From positions 37,877 to 101,876 of the forward strand of contig JBNLAT010000003.1 in assembly GCA_050302275.1 (NCBI GenBank): DNA of 64,000 nucleotides, read 5' to 3'. Position numbers and translations under genes: made by a program. Of the stretch, positions 1 through 8,817 are shown in pieces (within the stretch, counting starts at the first letter, position 1; every line of letters starts with the position of its first letter). The DNA is from Thiohalomonadaceae bacterium. Lineage in GTDB: Bacteria > Pseudomonadota > Gammaproteobacteria > Thiohalomonadales > Thiohalomonadaceae. The notes under the pieces are model-generated. The model had not been told where the DNA came from. It did no database searches and was given only the letters and a program-made list of their open reading frames with translations.

Positions 1-18
1 TTTCACATTTCACCGAGC

Positions 19-47
19 AAAAAAAAAACGGCCCACTAAGGGCCGTT
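19..47 (-). terminator. Rho-independent terminator downstream of guaB
   Basis: GC stem ACGGCCC/GGGCCGT (28-34/40-46) with a 5-nt loop. On the minus strand it is followed by a U-run (A-run 19-27 on +). It lies just past the guaB stop. Confidence 0.65.
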
Positions 48-73
48 TTCTCAAAACATCGATTAACTAACGG

Positions 74-1534
74 TTAGAGCCGGTAGTTAGGTGCTTCCTT
101 TGTGATCTGCACGTCATGGACGTGGGACTCGGAAAGCCCGGAGTTAGTGATACGGACAAACTCAGGCTTGGTGCGCATCTCATCAATGGTACGGCAACCT
201 GTATAGCCCATGGATGAGCGCATGCCGCCCAGCAGTTGGTGTACCACAGGCTGCATCGAGCCTTTGAAGGGCACACGACCTTCGATACCTTCCGGTACCA
301 GCTTCTCCTGCTCGGTACTCTCCTGGAAGTAACGATCCGAGGAACCCTGCGAACCACCCATGGCGCCGATCGAACCCATGCCACGGTAGGATTTGTAGGA
401 ACGTCCCTGGAACAACTCGACCTCGCCGGGTGCCTCTTCGGTACCGGCGAACATCGAACCCATCATCACCGAGTAGGCACCAGCGACGATCGCCTTGGCC
501 ATATCACCGGAGAAACGCACACCGCCGTCGGCGATCAGCGGAATACCGCTCTTCTTCAGTGCTTCGGCGACGTTGGAGATGGCTGAAATCTGTGGCACAC
601 CCACACCCGCAACGATACGGGTGGTACAGATAGAACCGGGACCAATACCGACCTTGACCGCATCGGCCCCCGCCTTCACCAGCGCCAGCGCAGCATCAGC
701 GGTGGCGATATTGCCACCAATCACCTGTACATCGGGGAAGTGTTTCTTCACCCAGGCAACCCGATCGAGGACGCCCTGGGAATGGCCGTGAGCGGTATCG
801 ACCACAATCACGTCAACCCCGGCGCCAACCAGCGCTTCGACACGCTCGTCAGTCCCTTCGCCAACGCCCACCGCCGCGCCAACGCGCAGACGACCCTGAT
901 CGTCCTTACAGGCATTCGGCTTGTCGGTTGCCTTCTGAATATCTTTCACGGTCACCATGCCGCGCAGACGGAAGTTGTCATCGACCACCAGCACCTTCTC
1001 GATGCGGTACTCGTGCAGCAATGCTTTCACCTTCTCCCGATCAGTCCCCTCCTTGACCGTCACCAGTTTCTCCTTGGAAGTCATAATGGTGGAAACGGGC
1101 TGATCGAAACGGGTCTCGAAACGCATGTCACGGCTGGTCACGATACCGACCAGCTCTTCGCCGTCGACCACGGGCACGCCAGAGATCTTCTCGGCACGGG
1201 TCAGATCGACCAGTTCGCCGATGGTCATGCTGGGGGAAACGGTGATCGGGTCCTTGATCACACCGCTTTCGAATTTCTTCACCGAGCGGACTTCACTGGC
1301 CTGCTGCTCAATGGTCATGTTCTTGTGGATGATACCGATACCGCCTTCCTGGGCCAGGGCAATGGCCAGACGGGCTTCAGTGACCGTATCCATCGCGGCA
1401 GACACCAGGGGAATATTGAGTTTGATCTCGCGGGTCAGGTGGGTAGTCAGGTCCACATCACGGGGCAGTACTGTGGAATGGGCGGGCACCAGCAAAACAT
1501 CATCAAAAGTAAGGGCTTCCTGAACTATTCTCAT
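74..1534 (-). CDS. guaB: IMP dehydrogenase
   Basis: 486 aa. Starts [17 protein letters not shown], has a CBS-pair insert and the catalytic loop [11 protein letters not shown]. Full-length ORF. Confidence 0.97.
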   Translation of the reverse strand: MRIVQEALTFDDVLLVPAHSTVLPRDVDLTTHLTREIKLNIPLVSAAMDTVTEARLAIALAQEGGIGIIHKNMTIEQQASEVRSVKKFESGVIKDPITVSPSMTIGELVDLTRAEKISGVPVVDGEELVGIVTSRDMRFETRFDQPVSTIMTSKEKLVTVKEGTDREKVKALLHEYRIEKVLVVDDNFRLRGMVTVKDIQKATDKPNACKDDQGRLRVGAAVGVGEGTDERVEALVGAGVDVIVVDTAHGHSQGVLDRVAWVKKHFPDVQVIGGNIATADAALALVKAGADAVKVGIGPGSICTTRIVAGVGVPQISAISNVAEALKKSGIPLIADGGVRFSGDMAKAIVAGAYSVMMGSMFAGTEEAPGEVELFQGRSYKSYRGMGSIGAMGGSQGSSDRYFQESTEQEKLVPEGIEGRVPFKGSMQPVVHQLLGGMRSSMGYTGCRTIDEMRTKPEFVRITNSGLSESHVHDVQITKEAPNYRL

Positions 1535-1718
1535 ATAACTATCCGCGCTCTCTGTCCAATTCCGAGGGTAAGCGCGTAATTATAGAGTTTGACGTCTCCC
1601 CGGTAAACTGGATAGTCTTGCGACTTCACCCTGAAGGGTGGGAAAAACAAGTTGTTGGCTATAATCACCACACGGAGTGTCTAACTCCGGAAAAAGACTG
1701 CCATTTTGGAGGATATCC

Positions 1719-2024
1719 ATGATTAGAATGCTTCTTGCAGCACTTTTCGTTGCTTTGCTGGCTGGCTGCAATGGAGTCAAAAGCTCCCCCAGCTACACTC
1801 TTATCGATTCAAAGCGGGTAATCCGTGAGGCGGAAACCGCCATCGCCAAGGTCGACAAAGTCGGCTACGAATGGCGTGATACCTCAGCTATGCTGGCTGA
1901 TGCCAAGGCTGCCGAAAAAGCGGGCGATTACAACAAAGCCGTTGCCCTGGCTGGCCAGGCGGAACGTCAGGCGCAAAATGCCCTTGCGCAGTACCACACA
2001 GAGATGCAGGTATTCAAAAACTAA
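1719..2024 (+). CDS. small lipoprotein, unknown function
   Basis: Internal ATG at 1719 is preceded by GGAGG (1708-1712). Signal peptide with lipobox LLAGC, helical Ala/Lys/Glu-rich body, and a terminator follows. The track ORF begins at 1677, but 1719 fits the SD better. Confidence 0.6.
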   Translation: MIRMLLAALFVALLAGCNGVKSSPSYTLIDSKRVIREAETAIAKVDKVGYEWRDTSAMLADAKAAEKAGDYNKAVALAGQAERQAQNALAQYHTEMQVFKN

Positions 2025-2046
2025 GCCTCAACTCTGTGAACAAAAA

Positions 2047-2071
2047 CCGCCACAAACGTGGCGGTTTTTTT
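2047..2071 (+). terminator. Rho-independent terminator
   Basis: Stem CCGCCAC/GTGGCGG (2047-2053/2058-2064), loop AAAC, then T7 (2065-2071). Confidence 0.7.
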
Positions 2072-2111
2072 ATGGGCGCAACCGGGCAATGGCTTCTGGT
2101 AGACTGTTCCC

Positions 2112-3470
2112 ATGAGTGAAGTTTCGACCCAGCCAAACACACCTCAGCGCGACATCTACAGCGTCTCGCGACTTAACCGCGAGGCCCGTGCCTTGCTCGA
2201 GGGGAATTTCCCCCTGCTCTGGGTGGAAGGCGAAATCTCCAACCTGGCGCGGCCCCGTTCCGGGCATATCTATTTCTCCCTGAAAGACGAATTCGCCCAG
2301 GTGCGCTGCGCCATGTTCCGCATGCGCGCCAGCAACCTCCGCTTCACCCCGCAGGAGGGCATGCAGGTCACCGCACGGGTCAAGGTCGGCCTCTACGAAC
2401 CCCGCGGCGATTACCAGCTCCAGGTCGAGCACATGGAAGAGTCGGGAGACGGCGCCCTGCGCCGTGCCTTCGAGGCACTGAAGCAGCGCCTCGATCAGGA
2501 GGGACTGTTCGACAGCGCACGCAAACGCCCACTGCCTCTGCTGCCCAAATCCATCGGCGTCATCACCTCACCCAGCGGTGCGGCAATCCGCGACATCCTC
2601 ACCGTGCTGCGCCGCCGTTTCCCCGCCATCCCGGTGGTTATCTACCCCACGGCAGTACAGGGTGAAGGGGCAGCCAACGAAATCGCGGCACAGATCCGAC
2701 TGGCAGCAAAGCGCAAGGAGTGCGAGGTGCTTATCGTCGGCCGCGGCGGCGGTTCGCTGGAAGATCTGTGGGCCTTCAACGAAGAGGTAGTCGCCCGCGC
2801 CATCGTCGACTCTCCCATGCCGGTGGTCAGCGCAGTCGGTCACGAGGTGGACATTACCATCAGCGATTTTGTCGCCGATGTTCGCGCCCCAACGCCTTCT
2901 GCTGCTGCGGAACTGTTGAGTCCCAACCGCGCCGACTGGCTGAGCAGCCTGCAACGCATCACCCTTCGTCTACAGCGAAGCCTGCAACAGCAACTTCGAC
3001 TTCAGCGGCAATATCTCGACGGACTGCAAAAGCGACTGCGCGATCCAGCCCAGCAACTCCAGCAACGAGCACAGCGACTGGATGAGCTGGAACTGCGTCT
3101 GCAAACCGCACAGCGCAACCAGCTGCGCCACCTGCAAGCACGCCTCAATACCCACACCGCGCAGCTGCAACGCCACAATCCGATGGCCCGTCTGCTGCAG
3201 CATCAACAGAAACAGCAACAACTGACTCTGCGTCTCCACCAGGCACAACGCCAGCAGCTGAAAGCTCTGCAATTGCGCCTCGCCGCCCAGGCCCACGCGC
3301 TGGAGGCGATCAGCCCGCTGGCCACCCTCGGTCGCGGCTACGCTATTGTCCAGGCTGCCGACAGCGACCATGTCATCCGCGATAGTGCGGAGGTCAAAAA
3401 CGGTGCCCAGGTACGCACCCGACTGCATCGGGGGGAACTGCTCTGCAGGGTCGAGGAGGTAAAAGCATAA
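2112..3470 (+). CDS. xseA: exodeoxyribonuclease VII large subunit
   Basis: 452 aa. N-terminal OB-fold region VSRLNREARALLEGNFPLLWVEGEISN...SGHIYFSLKD resembles E. coli XseA. Long Gln/Leu/Arg-rich C-terminal coiled coil. Confidence 0.93.
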   Translation: MSEVSTQPNTPQRDIYSVSRLNREARALLEGNFPLLWVEGEISNLARPRSGHIYFSLKDEFAQVRCAMFRMRASNLRFTPQEGMQVTARVKVGLYEPRGDYQLQVEHMEESGDGALRRAFEALKQRLDQEGLFDSARKRPLPLLPKSIGVITSPSGAAIRDILTVLRRRFPAIPVVIYPTAVQGEGAANEIAAQIRLAAKRKECEVLIVGRGGGSLEDLWAFNEEVVARAIVDSPMPVVSAVGHEVDITISDFVADVRAPTPSAAAELLSPNRADWLSSLQRITLRLQRSLQQQLRLQRQYLDGLQKRLRDPAQQLQQRAQRLDELELRLQTAQRNQLRHLQARLNTHTAQLQRHNPMARLLQHQQKQQQLTLRLHQAQRQQLKALQLRLAAQAHALEAISPLATLGRGYAIVQAADSDHVIRDSAEVKNGAQVRTRLHRGELLCRVEEVKA

Positions 3471-4321
3471 TGCGTCACTGGCTGTTACTCGGCATCCTGT
3501 TCTTCAGCTTCAGCGCCCAGGCGGCTCAACTACCGCGTCCGCTGGCCGTACCGGGTGGCGTCGCCATCGTCGAACTGGGCGATTCCAATGACAAGCCCGA
3601 GGCCTATTACGGTCGTAAAAAGATCATGGTGAAACGCGAAGGCCAACAGTGGCTGGCACTGGTCGGCCTGACCCTCTCCACCAAACCGGGTACTCACACC
3701 CTGCGGGTGTTCCACGGTAAGGGCAAGGAGAGCACCGTGACCTTCAAGGTGAAGGACAAAAAATATGAAGAGCAGCACATCACCCTGAAAAACAAACGTA
3801 TGGTCAATCCCACCGCAGAAGACCTCAAGCGCATTCGCGGCGAGCAGTCACGTTCGCGCAAGGCCTTTGCCAGTTGGGACCAGGCTCGCAGTGCACAACT
3901 TGGATTCATCCTGCCGGTCAGCGGACGCCTCAGCGGCACCTTCGGCAAGAAACGCTTCTTCAACGAACAGCCGCGCAAACCCCACAGTGGTCTCGATATC
4001 GCCGCCGCCAGGGGCACGCCGGTGCAGGCGCCTGCCGCAGGAAAAGTGATCGAAACTGGCAACTACTTCTTCAACGGCAACACCGTATTCATCGACCACG
4101 GTGAAGGGCTGATCACCATGTACTGTCATCTCGACAGCATCGCGGTGAAAAAAGGCGACGTGGTGCGGCAGGGCGATGTGATCGCCCGGGTCGGCATGAC
4201 CGGTCGGGTCACCGGCCCACACCTGCACTGGAGCGTGAGCATGAACAACAGCCGTATCGACCCTGCGCTGTTCCTCAGCCGTGAGGTGATGGCCATGCTG
4301 GATGCCCCGAACCATCAATGA
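3470..4321 (+). CDS. M23 family metallopeptidase (exported)
   Basis: 283 aa with a signal peptide (FSFSAQA/AQ). M23 motifs HSGLDIAA and GPHLHWSV. Start overlaps the xseA stop (TAATG). Confidence 0.9.
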   Translation: MRHWLLLGILFFSFSAQAAQLPRPLAVPGGVAIVELGDSNDKPEAYYGRKKIMVKREGQQWLALVGLTLSTKPGTHTLRVFHGKGKESTVTFKVKDKKYEEQHITLKNKRMVNPTAEDLKRIRGEQSRSRKAFASWDQARSAQLGFILPVSGRLSGTFGKKRFFNEQPRKPHSGLDIAAARGTPVQAPAAGKVIETGNYFFNGNTVFIDHGEGLITMYCHLDSIAVKKGDVVRQGDVIARVGMTGRVTGPHLHWSVSMNNSRIDPALFLSREVMAMLDAPNHQ

Positions 4322-4551
4322 AACGCATCCCTCGCCGCTACGCGCCAAAACTGCTGGCGTTTTTCACTTCGTTGATTATGTCCTTCATCATGTCGATGGT
4401 GATCACATTCCTCAACCTCGGCCTGGTAGACAATTTTTTACTGCTGTGGATGCGTGCCTGGTTGAGCGCCTTCCTTATAGGCTTTCCCACCATCCTGCTG
4501 GTCCTCCCCATCGCACGACACATCGTCGAACTCATCACGTATGAAAACTAG
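4318..4551 (+). CDS. DUF2798-like small membrane protein
   Basis: 77 aa with two hydrophobic helices. ATGA overlap with the M23 gene stop. N-terminus MKRIPRRYAPKLLAFF is typical of DUF2798. Confidence 0.7.
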   Translation: MKRIPRRYAPKLLAFFTSLIMSFIMSMVITFLNLGLVDNFLLLWMRAWLSAFLIGFPTILLVLPIARHIVELITYEN

Positions 4552-4650
4552 GGGTATTACACGATTTTTACCCTTTAAGATTTGTTTAATCCTCTGCCTC
4601 TAATTTGCGCGTACCTAAACATAAAAATATAACCACAGGTACCACAGCAA

Positions 4651-5142
4651 ATGAGAACCCTACTACTACGTCTGATACTGGCGTTAGGCGTGTTATGTGC
4701 GCCAGCAGCACACGCAGCGCCATCCGCCGCCGCGGACTTTACCCTCAACGGTACTAATGGGACTGTCGAACTGGCAAAGCTCAAGGGTCAGGTTGTCTAT
4801 CTGGACTTCTGGGCCTCATGGTGCACACCCTGCCGTGCCTCATTCCCCTGGATGAACGAGATGCAGCAGCGTTACGCCGACAGGGGACTGAAGATCGTCG
4901 CCGTCAATCTCGATAGCGAGAATGACAAAGCTCGCGAGTTCATCAGCGCCACCCACCCCAACTTCACCATCGCTTTCGACCCTGAAGGCAAGGTCGCCGA
5001 GCAGTACGAAGTCATGGGCATGCCCAGTTCCTACCTCATCGACCGTCACGGCAAACTGCACAGCTCACACATCGGTTTCCGCACCAGAGACCGCGCAGAG
5101 CTGGAAAAGAGCATTGTCGAAATGCTCGGCAGTAAGGAGTAA
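4651..5142 (+). CDS. TlpA/ResA-like periplasmic thiol:disulfide oxidoreductase
   Basis: 163 aa with a signal peptide (AAHA/AP), thioredoxin-fold motif WASWCTPC, and redoxin-like GMPSSYLIDRHG. Confidence 0.88.
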   Translation: MRTLLLRLILALGVLCAPAAHAAPSAAADFTLNGTNGTVELAKLKGQVVYLDFWASWCTPCRASFPWMNEMQQRYADRGLKIVAVNLDSENDKAREFISATHPNFTIAFDPEGKVAEQYEVMGMPSSYLIDRHGKLHSSHIGFRTRDRAELEKSIVEMLGSKE

Positions 5143-5144
5143 CC

Positions 5145-5360
5145 ATGAAAAAGATCACTCTCTGTCTGCTGTGTCTCCTGCCGCTGGCAGGTTGCAGCAT
5201 TGACCCAATCAAACCCTGGGAGCGCGACCTGCTGGCCCAGGAGAAGATGCAACTGGTACCCGATTCCCTGGAGAACACCCTGGATGAGCACATTTACTTC
5301 AGTAAAGAATCCGCCTTTGGCGGCCAAGGCGTAGGCGGAGGTGGCTGCGGATGCAACTGA
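5145..5360 (+). CDS. DUF4266-like small lipoprotein
   Basis: 71 aa with lipobox PLAGC and C-terminus GGQGVGGGGCGCN. An AAGGAG SD overlaps the end of the preceding gene. Confidence 0.75.
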   Translation: MKKITLCLLCLLPLAGCSIDPIKPWERDLLAQEKMQLVPDSLENTLDEHIYFSKESAFGGQGVGGGGCGCN

Positions 5361-6625
5361 AAAAACGCCCCGTTTCGATCCGCGGCGCCCTGGCGGCCGC
5401 GACCTGTAGCGTACTCTCTCAACCCCTGCATGCATCCGATGCTCCGGTAAGCGATGAGTGGGATGTCAAAACCGGCCTGCTGAGTTACAGCGAAAGTGGC
5501 CGGATCAATGTCGTCGAGCCGATCGCCTCGGCAACCAAGACCACCAAGTCCGGTGCGATCCTGACCCTGCGTGCGCTGTTCGACTCAATCACCGGCTCCT
5601 CGCCAAACGGTGCGACCCCGACAGATGTGGCGCAGACATTCACCTCGCCCTCCGGCAATAACACCTACACCACCCAACCAGGCGATCTGCCGATGCGCGA
5701 TATGCGTGACGTTCGCTATGCCTTCGGTATCGACTACGAACATGAGCTATCGCGTTTCTACACAAACACCATCACCGCCGACATCTCCAGCGAAACCGAC
5801 TACCTCTCGCTGGGCGTCTCCGACACGGTGAAGCGTGATTTCAACAACAAGCTGACTACTCTCTCTGCCGGTCTCGGCTTTACCGCGGACACCATCGCGC
5901 CGGGCGGTGGCGCACCTGTGGAAATGGCGCTCCTCAGCGCCCCCGCCCCGACAGGTGAAAGCGAGGAGAAAAGTAAAAACAGCGTAAGCCTGATGGTCGG
6001 TCTGACTCAGATCCTGAGCCGTCGTGCACTGACTCAGGTCAACCTCAGCTACAACACCAGTTCGGGCTATCTGACTGAACCCTACAAGTTCCTCAGTGTG
6101 GTGGACGACACAGCTGGACCAACCCTGGGCTCGACCATAGACTACCGTTACGAAAAACGCCCAGACACTCGCACCAGCACGGCGCTGTTCTGGAAGTGGC
6201 AATATCACCTTCCCAAAGATGTGGTCTACGTCAGCTACCGTTACTTTACCGACGACTGGGGCATCAACGCCCACACCGCCGACGTGAAGTACCGTTATGA
6301 GCTGGGCAGCGGCAAGTACCTGCAACCGCACCTGCGTCTCTATCAGCAGACCGCAGCTGACTTCTTCCAGCACTTCCTGGTCGATGGCGACCCACTGCCG
6401 CAGAACGCCAGTGCCGACCTGCGCCTGGGCGAGATGACCGGTCGCACCATCGGTGTGAAGTACGGGATGCCGCTGATGGGTGGCGAGTTCACTGCACGTC
6501 TGGAACAGATGACCCAGGAGGGTAACAGCAACCCTTCCGAGGCCATCGGTGACCTGCAGAACTATGATCTCTACCCGACCCTGACAGCGACTATCTTCCA
6601 GCTGGGATATCGCTTCAAATTCTGA
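5351..6625 (+). CDS. DUF3570-like exported protein, probable outer-membrane beta-barrel
   Basis: 424 aa with a signal peptide (PLHA/SD). Alternating-pattern strands and C-terminal ...FQLGYRFKF (terminal Phe) are typical of OMPs. Overlaps the DUF4266 gene by 10 nt. Confidence 0.72.
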   Translation: MQLKKRPVSIRGALAAATCSVLSQPLHASDAPVSDEWDVKTGLLSYSESGRINVVEPIASATKTTKSGAILTLRALFDSITGSSPNGATPTDVAQTFTSPSGNNTYTTQPGDLPMRDMRDVRYAFGIDYEHELSRFYTNTITADISSETDYLSLGVSDTVKRDFNNKLTTLSAGLGFTADTIAPGGGAPVEMALLSAPAPTGESEEKSKNSVSLMVGLTQILSRRALTQVNLSYNTSSGYLTEPYKFLSVVDDTAGPTLGSTIDYRYEKRPDTRTSTALFWKWQYHLPKDVVYVSYRYFTDDWGINAHTADVKYRYELGSGKYLQPHLRLYQQTAADFFQHFLVDGDPLPQNASADLRLGEMTGRTIGVKYGMPLMGGEFTARLEQMTQEGNSNPSEAIGDLQNYDLYPTLTATIFQLGYRFKF

Positions 6626-6637
6626 TATCACTGCGCC

Positions 6638-7546
6638 ATGGACGGCGATAACAAAATGAAAACCACTCTGGAACGCAGCCCCTCCGACGACTACTGGATC
6701 GGCCGTTTCCAGGCCATGGCCAGCCCCTGTGAGCTGTTCCTGGAGATCGATGAACGGGAAACCGCCGCCACGTTACTACAAGACGTGGCGGCGGAGACCT
6801 GGCGCATCGAGGCCAAGTTCAGCCGCTACCGCCAGGACAATATCGTCCACACCATCAACAATGCCAACGGCAACCCCGTCGAGGTCGACAACGAAACCGC
6901 CCTGCTGCTCGGCTTCGCCGACCAGTGCCACCAACTCAGCGAAGGCCTGTTCGACATCACCGCCGGTGTGCTGCGCAAGGTGTGGGATTTCCGCCCCGGC
7001 GCCCGCCTCCCCGATTCGGACAAAGTCAGCGCCTGCCTGCAACAGATCGGCTGGGACAGAGTCGACTGGCAACCGCCGCTCATCACCCTGCCTGCAGGGA
7101 TGGAGATCGACCTCGGAGGTATCGGCAAGGAGTACGCCGTGGACAAGGCGGCACAGCTGCTGAGCCAGCAGACCGAGGCCTCTTTCATCGTCAACTTCGG
7201 CGGCGACCTCTTCATCAACAAACCCCGGCGCAACGGCCAAGCGTGGCGCATCGGCATCGACGACCCAAAAGCGACCGGGCAAAAGGCCATCGGCCAGCTC
7301 GACGTCGCCCAGGGCGGCGTGGCTACCAGCGGCGACGCGAGGCGCTTCCTGCTGCACCAGGGCAAGCGCTACGGCCACATCCTCAACCCCAAAACCGGCT
7401 GGCCGGTAGAGGGCGGCCCCCACTCAGTCACCGTAGTCGCCGGCACCTGTATGGAAGCGGGCATGCTCGCCACTTTTGCCATGCTGCAGGGTGCGGGGGC
7501 GAAGGAATTCCTGGAAAATCAACAGGCCCATTACTGGCTAGGCTGA
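6638..7546 (+). CDS. apbE: FAD:protein FMN transferase (ApbE family)
   Basis: 302 aa. ApbE-like blocks (FDITAG, IDLGGIGKEYAVD, ATSGD..R) are recognised by eye. No N-terminal hydrophobic signal sequence is visible. Confidence 0.85.
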   Translation: MDGDNKMKTTLERSPSDDYWIGRFQAMASPCELFLEIDERETAATLLQDVAAETWRIEAKFSRYRQDNIVHTINNANGNPVEVDNETALLLGFADQCHQLSEGLFDITAGVLRKVWDFRPGARLPDSDKVSACLQQIGWDRVDWQPPLITLPAGMEIDLGGIGKEYAVDKAAQLLSQQTEASFIVNFGGDLFINKPRRNGQAWRIGIDDPKATGQKAIGQLDVAQGGVATSGDARRFLLHQGKRYGHILNPKTGWPVEGGPHSVTVVAGTCMEAGMLATFAMLQGAGAKEFLENQQAHYWLG

Positions 7547-7555
7547 CAAGAAGCC

Positions 7556-7685
7556 CTCTCAAAACCGCTCTCGCCTCCCTGATCCTGTGTTGCAAAGCCT
7601 GCTGCGGTGCTCATTTACTGCGTGTAAACTGCGCTCCTCGCAGACTCTGCGCCTTGTCTCAGGGCACGATCCCCGATTTTGAGCG
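7556..7685 (-). repeat. Copy A of a ~130-bp imperfect-palindrome intergenic repeat
   Basis: The reverse complement aligns by hand to 18412-18540 at roughly 84% identity. Termini are CTCAAAA.../...ATTTTGAG and the core is AGTTTAC-N5-GTAAATGAGCAC. Lies between apbE and slyD. Confidence 0.85.
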
Positions 7686-7760
7686 AGCTTCAGGAATTCA
7701 CATTGCAGGCCCATCCGCGTACACTGCGCCTGTTACTCACGAACAACTCAAGGATTTTCC

Positions 7761-8243
7761 ATGCAAATCTCCGCCGATAAGGTCGTTTCTATCGACTACA
7801 CCCTCACCAATACCGACGGCCAGGTGATCGACAGCTCTGAAGGCCGTGGTCCACTGGCCTACCTGCAAGGCCACAACAACATCATCCCTGGCCTGGAAGA
7901 CGCGCTGGAAGGCAAGGCCGCTGGCGACAAAATGAATGTCGTGGTTGAAGCGAAAGACGGTTACGGCGAGCGCCTCGACGAACTGACCCACTCCGTACCA
8001 CGTAACATGTTCGAAGACGGCACCGAGATCGAAGTCGGTATGCAGTTCCAGACCATGACCGAACACGGTCCGCACATCGTCACCGTGATCGGCATTGACG
8101 ACGAAAACGTCACCGTCGACGCCAACCACCCGCTGGCTGGCCAGACCCTCAACTTCGACGTCTCCGTTGTTGAAGTACGCGACGCCACTGCCGAAGAACT
8201 TGAGCACGGCCATGTGCACGGCCCTGAAGGTCACGACCACTGA
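7761..8243 (+). CDS. slyD: FKBP-type peptidyl-prolyl cis-trans isomerase
   Basis: 160 aa. Starts MQISADKVVSIDYTLT, has FKBP plus insert-in-flap architecture, and a short His-rich tail HGHVHGPEGHDH. Confidence 0.9.
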   Translation: MQISADKVVSIDYTLTNTDGQVIDSSEGRGPLAYLQGHNNIIPGLEDALEGKAAGDKMNVVVEAKDGYGERLDELTHSVPRNMFEDGTEIEVGMQFQTMTEHGPHIVTVIGIDDENVTVDANHPLAGQTLNFDVSVVEVRDATAEELEHGHVHGPEGHDH

Positions 8244-8265
8244 TCTTCATGGCAGTCGCATGAAA

Positions 8266-8293
8266 TAAAAAAGGCCCGCAAGGGCCTTTTTTT
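8266..8293. terminator. bidirectional Rho-independent terminator
   Basis: Stem GGCCC/GGGCC (8273-8277/8282-8286), loop GCAA, flanked by an A-run upstream and T7 downstream. Confidence 0.7.
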
Positions 8294-8326
8294 ATCTGCT
8301 GTGCAACATGCTTACTGACATCACTA

Positions 8327-8611
8327 TTAGGACAACGCTTGTGTTACCAGGACGACAACACTCAAAACAGCAAAGCTAATGACCAGAGCAATCACATCTT
8401 CCTTTAGCTGTTGAATGGGATCGCGCTTTCGCGAGGAAGAGGTCGGCGCAGGATGACCGAATCCCTGCAGCGCATTCATAACCATATGGAAATATGCAGC
8501 GGCAATAAACGATGATATTGCAGCACCAACAAAATAAAACTTAATAGATAGAAAAAGTGCCCCAGAAAGTATCAACAGGGGAACAATAATTAAGAGCACC
8601 AATAATTCCAT
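8327..8611 (-). CDS. hypothetical small membrane protein
   Basis: 94 aa with three hydrophobic segments. Good SD (AAGGTGG 4 nt upstream). AT-rich compared with its surroundings. No family recognised. Confidence 0.5.
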   Translation of the reverse strand: MELLVLLIIVPLLILSGALFLSIKFYFVGAAISSFIAAAYFHMVMNALQGFGHPAPTSSSRKRDPIQQLKEDVIALVISFAVLSVVVLVTQALS

Positions 8612-8767
8612 TTTCCACCTTTCTCCGTGTCACGCTTGAGGAATCACTTTAGCACATCAGTCTCACAGGATAAGCACGAAGGACAGCGTCCATTGTGGAC
8701 TTCGCAAAGTAGCCTACCACGGGTCGTGCCACCCACATTCAAAATCAATCCGTCGCATAGCGACACA

Positions 8768-8793
8768 AACAAAAAGGCCCCGAAGGGCCTTTT
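8768..8793 (-). terminator. Rho-independent terminator after the DUF2892 gene
   Basis: Stem GGCCC/GGGCC (8776-8780/8785-8789), loop CGAA. A T-run follows on the minus strand. Confidence 0.6.
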
Positions 8794-8817
8794 CATCTAA
8801 TCACTTCAAATCAACAC

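Noticed and set aside
740-1579. 279-aa ORF on the + strand
   Set aside because: It is antisense to guaB and has no motifs. Shadow ORF.
2950-3300. CAG/CTG-rich, seemingly repetitive DNA
   Set aside because: It encodes the Gln/Leu/Arg-rich coiled-coil C-terminal region expected in XseA. It is in frame with no exact tandem repeat unit, so it is not a DNA repeat element.
5747-6631. 294-aa ORF on the - strand
   Set aside because: It lies entirely within the DUF3570 gene on the opposite strand. The + strand ORF has a signal peptide, translational coupling to its neighbours and an OMP-type C-terminus, so I prefer it.
6925-7827. 300-aa Arg/Pro-rich ORF on the + strand
   Set aside because: It is an alternative frame of apbE that runs through the intergenic repeat into slyD. 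Its composition (R/P/A/G) is typical of an out-of-frame reading of GC-rich coding DNA.
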